Made by a program: the position numbers and the translations under genes. Shown here piece by piece: positions 57,940 through 64,000 of a stretch of DNA of 64,000 nt. Below the pieces are notes generated by a model. The model searched no databases and was not told the DNA's origin. It worked only from the letters and a program-made list of their open reading frames with translations. Source of the DNA: Abditibacteriaceae bacterium (lineage in GTDB: Bacteria > Armatimonadota > Abditibacteriia > Abditibacteriales > Abditibacteriaceae); the NCBI GenBank assembly GCA_965277285.1, contig OZ255721.1, positions 3,072,001 through 3,136,000 on the forward strand, in the 5' to 3' direction. Numbering within the stretch: position 1 is the first letter of the stretch; every line of letters begins with the position of its first letter.

Positions 57940-60809
57940 TCTTCACCTCGCGCTCTTCTCTTCGCCGCACGTAAACGCGCCATCGCGTCGCCGGCGTCTT
58001 CGCTTGGTGTTTCAGTTGATGCAGGTGGCGGCGCGTTTTCTGGTGCCGCCGGAGTTTGAGTTTGTGGCGAAACGGGCGGCGTAAATTCGACAGTTGTCGG
58101 TGGCGTTTCTTCAAGTTTTTCAGTTGTGGCGCGTTCTTTGGCGCGGCGCAAACGAGACAAGTTTTCATCGCGCGGCGCGACAGTTGGCGTTCGAGTACTC
58201 GATTGTGGCGGCGCGCTCGCTTTCTTCGCCCGCTTTTCGCGGAAGTTGCGCCATTCTTCTTCGCCCCACAAAACGCGACGAACTGCGACATCGAGCGGGA
58301 ACAAACACGCGGCAAGCGCCAATAAAGGCAGCCAAATATCGGTCGGCGTTTTGGCGGGTTGGCGCGGTCGCTCGAAAACATCCGTTGGTTGCACGTCTTT
58401 GCCGCCGCTGTTTTGCGCGACTTGACTGAGCAAAAACAGGTCGCTGCCGACGCTGGCGTATTCGGGCGAGTAGGGCAACGTTCCGCCGGTGATTTGCGAA
58501 ACAGTTTTGTCGCCGCGCTGCGTGCGAATGTTGACCAAATAGGCGCCCAGTTCGCGCGCATCAAATGTCGCTTCGTAACGTCCCGGGCCGGTTTGCTCGA
58601 GCGGCAAATCAATGCCTTTCAAGCTGGGCGGCACCAGGCGCGCTTTGGGGTTGAGGAAATTGACGAAATTGCCGCTCGCATCAACGGCTTCAATCGTCAC
58701 CTTGCCCTGGCCTTTGTTGATGTCGACGTTCGTCTGCAAATCGTTGCCGCTACTCGTTCTCATGCTCCAGCGCACAGTTTGCGCCCAGAACTTGGAAAAA
58801 CCCGGCCAGCCCAGCCACGCCGCCGCCCAACGCTGACGCGCGTCACTTGTCCACGCGACGCTTTTTCCCAAACCATATTGCCGCGTCGCCAGCAGCGGAT
58901 CGCCCTGATGAGTACTCAATACGACACGCGAACCTTCGCGCACGGTGCGCGGACTGGTGCCGACATAACCGAGCAATTTCGGCAAACTGTCAAACCCTTT
59001 CAAAATGGACGATGGCGATTCCAAGCGCGGCGTGAACGGTTCTTCGATGATCGCCGAGCGCGAAACCGTGGCGGCTTCTTTCAAGAAAATGTTTGGGATT
59101 TGATTGGCGGCGCGCACTTGATAAAAACGCCCGCCGTGTTCGCGCGCGATTTGATACATATTCTGCGCGCCGCTGGGGTCGTGTGGGTTGATGACAACTG
59201 TCGAAACCGTGATTTTCGCCTTGTTGAAAGCAGCGACCAGAGACGGGCGCGGCGGGCTGGGATCGCCATCACTCAAGATGATGCAATGCTTGAGATAGGC
59301 CGGAGTTTTGACTAATCCATCATAAGCGGTTTGCAGCGCGGCGTCGAAGTCGGGCATATCGCCGGGGTCGATGCTTTTGATTTTGGTCAGCATCAGGTTG
59401 CGATTGGGGCCGACTTTCATCATCGGATAAACCCAACTCGCGTCCATGCCGTAGATGATCAAACCGGCGTAATCTTCGTCGCCCATTTGCCGCGTGACCT
59501 GCGCGCAGACGGCTTTCGCCCAATCGTTGCCTTGCGGAAACTCCATCGAGTGCATCACCATCGCCACCGCGCCGCCCGGCAAAAACTGCGTGTTGCGAAT
59601 GTCCATCGTGACCGGCAGACTTTCCTCAACTGGCGTCGAGCGATAGCCGCCCGGCCCAAAAGAATTCTCGCCGCCGATCATCACCAGGCCACAACCCAAG
59701 TCGCGCACATAAGATTGCAAGCCCAGCATTTGTTGAGTACTCAATTCCCACGCGGGCACGTCGTTCAAGACAATCGCGTCGTAGGCTTGCATGGCGCGCA
59801 AATCGTTAGGCAAACCGCCCGCGCCGCGCATTTCGACATCGACTTTTTCGCGCGTCAAAGCCTGCGACAAGAACGCGGTTTGCGTGGTGTCATCGCCGAC
59901 CAGCAAAATGCGCGGCTTGCCCTGCACGTTCACGAAACTCAGGCCACGATTGTTTTCCGCAATCGTGTCGTCGCCTTTGGTGGTTTCGATTTGCGCTTCA
60001 AAGGTCGCGGCGCCCGCTTTGGTCACGGTCTGCGGAAAGTTGAAAACGTTTTTGCCCTTTTCCAGATGAACCGGTTTGGTGCCCAGAAAAACGCCGTCGC
60101 GGAAAAGTTTGATTTGCGCGTTTGTGGGTGCGGTCGAGCGCGCGATGACGCGCACTTCCAAAGGCTCGCCGATTTTCGCTTCGCCGGGCGTGATGACTTT
60201 TTCGATCAGCACTTCGTGCGCGGGCGGCGAGGAAAGCGGCACGACATCAATTGTCACGTCGTTGTTGTGCGCGCTTTGCGCTTCGCTGAGCGCGTCGCCC
60301 AGGTTTTCATTTCCGTCAGAAAGCAGAATCACGCGCTTGCGCATTCCATCGGGCAAAGACGCGGTCGCCAATCGGATAGCGGCGGAAATGTCGGTGAATT
60401 CACCAGGCGGCACAGTCTGGATTTTCCCCAAAGTCGGCGCAGTGCCTGGCGCCAATTGGATGTAGGCATCGCGCCCGAACACCACAACGCCCCAATGATC
60501 GGAAAGGCGCCGCGTTTTAATGGCGTCTTCGATGAACTGCGCGGCGCGGGCTTTGTCGTTTGGCCCAATCGAATCGGAATAATCGACCACGAACATCACG
60601 GCCAAATCGCGGTTAAAACGCACCAATTGCGCGCCCGCCAAAGCCAAAATTAGTAGCGCGCAGATAACCAGGCGAAAGCCCAGCGCGATGCCACGGCGCG
60701 CGTTTGACAAATCGGCCAGCGTGCGTCGCGCCAGCCATGTGAAATAAAAGGCCAGCGGCGGAAACAGCGCGAGCGCCCAGGGATTGGTGAACGAGAGGCC
60801 GAAGTTCAT
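57936..60809 (-). CDS. Membrane vWA-domain protein with glutamine-amidotransferase-like domain
   Basis: BatA-like F.NPWAL, MIDAS DYSDS, LSDGNEN, IGGENSFGPGGY..TPVE..LPV, second vWA LSDG. Confidence 0.85.
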   Translation of the reverse strand: MNFGLSFTNPWALALFPPLAFYFTWLARRTLADLSNARRGIALGFRLVICALLILALAGAQLVRFNRDLAVMFVVDYSDSIGPNDKARAAQFIEDAIKTRRLSDHWGVVVFGRDAYIQLAPGTAPTLGKIQTVPPGEFTDISAAIRLATASLPDGMRKRVILLSDGNENLGDALSEAQSAHNNDVTIDVVPLSSPPAHEVLIEKVITPGEAKIGEPLEVRVIARSTAPTNAQIKLFRDGVFLGTKPVHLEKGKNVFNFPQTVTKAGAATFEAQIETTKGDDTIAENNRGLSFVNVQGKPRILLVGDDTTQTAFLSQALTREKVDVEMRGAGGLPNDLRAMQAYDAIVLNDVPAWELSTQQMLGLQSYVRDLGCGLVMIGGENSFGPGGYRSTPVEESLPVTMDIRNTQFLPGGAVAMVMHSMEFPQGNDWAKAVCAQVTRQMGDEDYAGLIIYGMDASWVYPMMKVGPNRNLMLTKIKSIDPGDMPDFDAALQTAYDGLVKTPAYLKHCIILSDGDPSPPRPSLVAAFNKAKITVSTVVINPHDPSGAQNMYQIAREHGGRFYQVRAANQIPNIFLKEAATVSRSAIIEEPFTPRLESPSSILKGFDSLPKLLGYVGTSPRTVREGSRVVLSTHQGDPLLATRQYGLGKSVAWTSDARQRWAAAWLGWPGFSKFWAQTVRWSMRTSSGNDLQTNVDINKGQGKVTIEAVDASGNFVNFLNPKARLVPPSLKGIDLPLEQTGPGRYEATFDARELGAYLVNIRTQRGDKTVSQITGGTLPYSPEYASVGSDLFLLSQVAQNSGGKDVQPTDVFERPRQPAKTPTDIWLPLLALAACLFPLDVAVRRVLWGEEEWRNFREKRAKKASAPPQSSTRTPTVAPRDENLSRLRRAKERATTEKLEETPPTTVEFTPPVSPQTQTPAAPENAPPPASTETPSEDAGDAMARLRAAKRRARGEE

Positions 60810-60916
60810 AGCGGGAAGAAGTCCACCTTGATTTTATCAGGATGGAACATCGCGCCCGCGTTTTTATGTGAACCGTCGCGCGCTTGAAATGTGGGAAGCA
60901 GGGAACACGAATTCCA

Positions 60917-61016
60917 TGCACGGACTGAACGGGTTTTTACAGATCGCAAAGCGCAGAAGATAATCATGCGCTCCTCCATCCATCCCAAATCTATGTTCAT
61001 CCGTTCAGTCCGTGTA
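60917..61016. repeat. Imperfect inverted repeat (CACGGACTGAACGG family; relative near 29295-29392)
   Basis: GCACGGACTGAACGG ... CCGTTCAGTCCGTGT. Confidence 0.65.
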
Positions 61017-61383
61017 CTTTTTAACCCAAGTTGCTACCTAATCATTGCCTGCGACTGAACTCGCGGTTCGGGTGCCCTTTGGGCAGGTGCTTTCCATGTT
61101 GCGTCGGCGCAGGCCGCCGCTGCCGCCGCAGGCGGTTGAGCCGCGAGTTCACTCGCAGGCATGGTGGAAACTTGGGTTTTCTATTCTTTCATCTTCCACA
61201 AGTCGCTGATTGGTTTCGCCTGGTTCGAGTACTCGAATCGATTGATCAGAAGGAGCGCGAGTTTCTTTACAGAGGTTATTGTTGCTTTACAAACAGCGGA
61301 TTGGAGTTGGCGTCAGAAGCGATACAAGCCGCAATGTTGCGACCTGAAAAGAAAAATGATCGAAAGATCAAAGGAACTTTCCC

Positions 61384-61797
61384 ATGAAAAGCACACAGAA
61401 AAAAGTCGTAACCTTGGGCGCCGTTGTTTTGAGCGCTGTCACCTTGTTTGGTTCAGCCGTTCCTTCTTTCGCCGACGGATGGCACAATAACGGCGGCAAC
61501 ACGCAGGATGTTCGCCAAGATGGCCGTGATGTTCGCAACGACCGTGTCGACGTTCGCAACGACCGCGTTGACGCGCGCGATGACCGCCAAGGTTTGCGAC
61601 AAGATCGCCGCGTTGTGGTTCAGGATCGCTACGTTTTCAACCAAGCCACCACTTGGCGCGACCGCCGCGAAGATGGCCGCGAACTGCGCGATGCGCGTCA
61701 AGATTTCAGTAGCCAACGCCGCGACGTGCGCACCGACAGCCGCGATTTGCGCAACGACCGCCGTGACCTCCGCCAGGATCGCCGCGACGACCGCTAA
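61384..61797 (+). CDS. Secreted Arg/Asp heptad-repeat protein
   Basis: Signal peptide ending SFA; repeats of [LV]RxDRRD. Confidence 0.75.
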   Translation: MKSTQKKVVTLGAVVLSAVTLFGSAVPSFADGWHNNGGNTQDVRQDGRDVRNDRVDVRNDRVDARDDRQGLRQDRRVVVQDRYVFNQATTWRDRREDGRELRDARQDFSSQRRDVRTDSRDLRNDRRDLRQDRRDDR

Positions 61798-61817
61798 GTC
61801 GCTTCAAGAGTCGTAAA

Positions 61818-61850
61818 GAAAGGCTGCGAGATTTTTCTCGCAGCCTTTTT
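61818..61850 (+). terminator. Intrinsic terminator
   Basis: AAAGGCTGCGAGA-loop-TCTCGCAGCCTTTTT. Confidence 0.75.
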
Positions 61851-61971
61851 CGTGTGCCTGCCAATCGTTCGAGTACTCGATGCTCGTGGAAACCGCCCAC
61901 ACAAAGCGCCGATTTCGGTTATTGCGCTTTTTAGTTTATAATCGTTGCAACTCTCTTCAATTCTCTTTTCT

Positions 61972-63996
61972 ATGACTAACATCATTTCCCATTCGCAGAA
62001 ACTTGAACCCGCCGTCGATTCGTTTTTGAAAAAGGTCGTTGATAAAAAGCTGGCCAACATCGCTTTCGATGGCAAAACGAACAAGGATGGCAGCGAGCGG
62101 CGCGTCATCACTTACTTCCCGTCCGGTCACAAAGAAATTTACGATGACCCCGAAGAACAGGTGCGCGCCGAGTTTTGGGCTGAACTGATTGAGCGTTATC
62201 ATTACTCGCCACAACGAATCAAGCTGGAAGTCGTTGTGCCGGATCGCACCAATGTCGATAAAGCCGACATCATTGTTTTTACAGACGATGCGTGTAAAGC
62301 GCCGTATATCGTTGTCGAGTGCAAGCGCGAAAAGATTACGCCGCCCGAGTTCACGCAGGCCATCGATCAGGCATTTGGCAATGGCAACGCGCAAAAGTTT
62401 CGCGCCAACTTCGTCATCGTTGTCGCCGGTGCGACGCGTCGCGCCTTCGATTGCTCTGACCAATATGCCGCACTTGAACGCGATAAAAACATCGTCGCGG
62501 ATATTCCTATCGCATACGGCAAAGTTCCCGAATACAAATATGTCCACAAAGGCAGTTTAGAAATCCAGGCGGTTTCTAAAGAAACATTGATTGCTGCGAT
62601 TAAGAAGTGTCATGACACGCTTTGGGGCGGCGGCAAACTTTCTCCGCCAGCCGCGTTTGGCGAATTGTGCAAACTGATTTTTGCCAAAACCTGCGATGAA
62701 AAAGACACGCGCAAAAACCAGCCTTACGAGTTTCAGGTGCGAACCCACGAAGAACCGTCGCAACTGAGTGAACGCATTCGCAAGCTATACGATAAACACC
62801 GCAAGCGCGAACACGACGCGGGCGTCTTCGATGAAACCATCAAAGTGCCCGACGCGATGTTGTCAGCCGTGGTCTCGCATTTGGAAAGCATTGACCTGGC
62901 CAAAACCGATTTGGACACCAAAGGCGTTGCGTTTGAGCGCTTCATGGACGGCTTTTTCAAAGGCAACTTTGGGCAGTACTTCACGCCGCGCGAGATTATT
63001 CAGTTCGCCGTTGAAATGTTCCCGCCCGACTCTCATCATCGAGTACTCGATCCGGCGTGCGGCAGCGGCGGCTTTTTGCTTCATGCTCTCGACTACATTC
63101 GGCGCGAAGCGGACACCGAGTTTCCCGATTGGGAAAGCGACTCCGATGAAAAAATCAAGCATTACAAATACTGGCACGATTTCGCGCAGTTCAACTTGTT
63201 CGGCATCGAAATCAACGACGAGATCGCGCGTGTCGCCAAAATGAACATGATTTTGCACGACGATGGACACACCAACGTCATCGGCGAAGACGCGCTGGAG
63301 CAGTTCGAGCGTTTCGATGTCATCAAAGCGGGCGCGTTCAAACCCAACTCGTTCGATTTGATCCTCACCAATCCACCTTTTGGTGCGCAAGTCGCCTTCG
63401 ATCAAAAGCCGCATCTGCCGTCACTTTTCCCCGAACTCGCGTTTGTCGAGTACTCGAAGGACAAGAAAAAAACGCGCAAAAACCAGAAAACCGAGATTTT
63501 GTACCTCGAACGCATTCATCAATTTTTGCGTGAAGGCGGACGCGCCGCGATTGTCTTGCCCGACGGCATCTTGACCAATTCGAGTCTGGCCTATGTGCGC
63601 GATTATCTGCTTTCTGCGTTTAGCTTGCGCGCCGTAATTTCCCTGCCACAAATGGCGTTTGCGCATTATGGCGCGGGCGTGAAAAGCAGCCTGGTGTTTG
63701 TCGAAAAGCGCACGGCGAAAGAAACGCCGCGCGACGACGAACCGATTTTTATGGCGGCGCCCGAAAACATCGGCTACGACGCGACAGGACGCAAAACCTG
63801 GAAGTTGTTGTCACGCGAAGAACACGACGCAAGCTCGTGGACGGAAACCTTGCGCTGCGATTTGTTCGATGCGCAAATCACTTATGAAATAAAAGGCTTC
63901 GAGGTTTTCGAGCGAGCGCGGCAAGTGATTCCAAACACCGGTTTGTTGGGCGAATGGCAGCGCTTTCAAAGCGATCCCGAACCTTTTTTCGTCTAA
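61972..63996 (+). CDS. HsdR_N-type nuclease fused to N6-adenine DNA methyltransferase (Type I M-like / Type IIG-IIB)
   Basis: PEEQVR, KADIIVF...VECK nuclease; GQYFTPR, RVLDPACGSGGF, TNPPFG, IVLPDGIL. Confidence 0.9.
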   Translation: MTNIISHSQKLEPAVDSFLKKVVDKKLANIAFDGKTNKDGSERRVITYFPSGHKEIYDDPEEQVRAEFWAELIERYHYSPQRIKLEVVVPDRTNVDKADIIVFTDDACKAPYIVVECKREKITPPEFTQAIDQAFGNGNAQKFRANFVIVVAGATRRAFDCSDQYAALERDKNIVADIPIAYGKVPEYKYVHKGSLEIQAVSKETLIAAIKKCHDTLWGGGKLSPPAAFGELCKLIFAKTCDEKDTRKNQPYEFQVRTHEEPSQLSERIRKLYDKHRKREHDAGVFDETIKVPDAMLSAVVSHLESIDLAKTDLDTKGVAFERFMDGFFKGNFGQYFTPREIIQFAVEMFPPDSHHRVLDPACGSGGFLLHALDYIRREADTEFPDWESDSDEKIKHYKYWHDFAQFNLFGIEINDEIARVAKMNMILHDDGHTNVIGEDALEQFERFDVIKAGAFKPNSFDLILTNPPFGAQVAFDQKPHLPSLFPELAFVEYSKDKKKTRKNQKTEILYLERIHQFLREGGRAAIVLPDGILTNSSLAYVRDYLLSAFSLRAVISLPQMAFAHYGAGVKSSLVFVEKRTAKETPRDDEPIFMAAPENIGYDATGRKTWKLLSREEHDASSWTETLRCDLFDAQITYEIKGFEVFERARQVIPNTGLLGEWQRFQSDPEPFFV

Positions 63997-64000
63997 GCCC

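Larger units (their letters stand above)
175..63457. repeat. Dispersed highly iterated 12-bp palindrome TCGAGTACTCGA (55 exact copies by manual count)
   Basis: Exact copies start at 175, 2492, 2925, 4085, 4610, 5583, 7139, 8120, 8941, 9868, 11114, 13398, 14093, 15101, 17126, 18270, 19546, 20032, 21354, 21718, 21726, 23273, 24819, 26458, 27423, 28605, 29538, 30139, 32275, 32707, 33669, 34134, 35660, 36497, 37532, 40097, 41471, 41830, 42782, 43778, 44503, 46302, 47082, 49171, 49519, 51020, 51890, 54754, 55414, 57377, 58191, 61225, 61869, 63039, 63446. Confidence 0.98.

Noticed and set aside
15447..60653. Long antisense ORFs such as 15447-16706, 25401-26933, 33846-35099 and 59331-60653
   Set aside because: Shadow frames of well-supported genes in GC-rich DNA; no recognisable motifs
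175..63457. The 12-mer as an adapter, linker or assembly artefact
   Set aside because: Copies lie in frame in intact genes, encode required residues (RVLDPACG), form the centres of natural terminators and show a mutational spectrum of variants
175..63457. The 12-mer as CRISPR repeats or integron attC sites
   Set aside because: Spacing is about 1 kb with genes between, the unit is too short, and no cas gene, integron integrase or attC box structure is seen
1..64000. tRNA, rRNA, prophage or conjugative element
   Set aside because: No cloverleaf, rRNA-like stretch, integrase, phage structural or transfer genes recognised

Overview
Gene-dense, moderately GC-rich bacterial chromosome segment; gene content (alpha2-type GlyRS, RNase J, NurA, Cys-type CcmE, secretin-like and DUF2993 proteins) is compatible with an Armatimonadota/Abditibacteriota-like organism, which is an inference only. 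It holds about 60 CDS: housekeeping genes (rnj, nnrD, pyrF, gatCA and gatB, def, glyQS, cfa, ccmEF, dsbD-like, dksA-like), two fused restriction-methyltransferase genes (one frameshifted), a Phd/RelE toxin-antitoxin pair, one IS5-family element and several REP-like hairpin families. No rRNA, tRNA or CRISPR array was seen. The dominant signal is a 12-bp perfect palindrome, TCGAGTACTCGA (usually W-flanked). By manual count there are 55 exact copies plus about 17 one- or two-mismatch variants in 64 kb, against about 0.004 expected by chance. Copies are unusually evenly spaced (about 1 per kb) and sit in most intergenic gaps, abutting starts, stops and terminators. They are also written in-frame into proteins as SSTR, RVLD/E or xEYS, and mark the ends of local duplications. 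This looks like a highly iterated palindrome or uptake-sequence-like system that I do not recognise as described.
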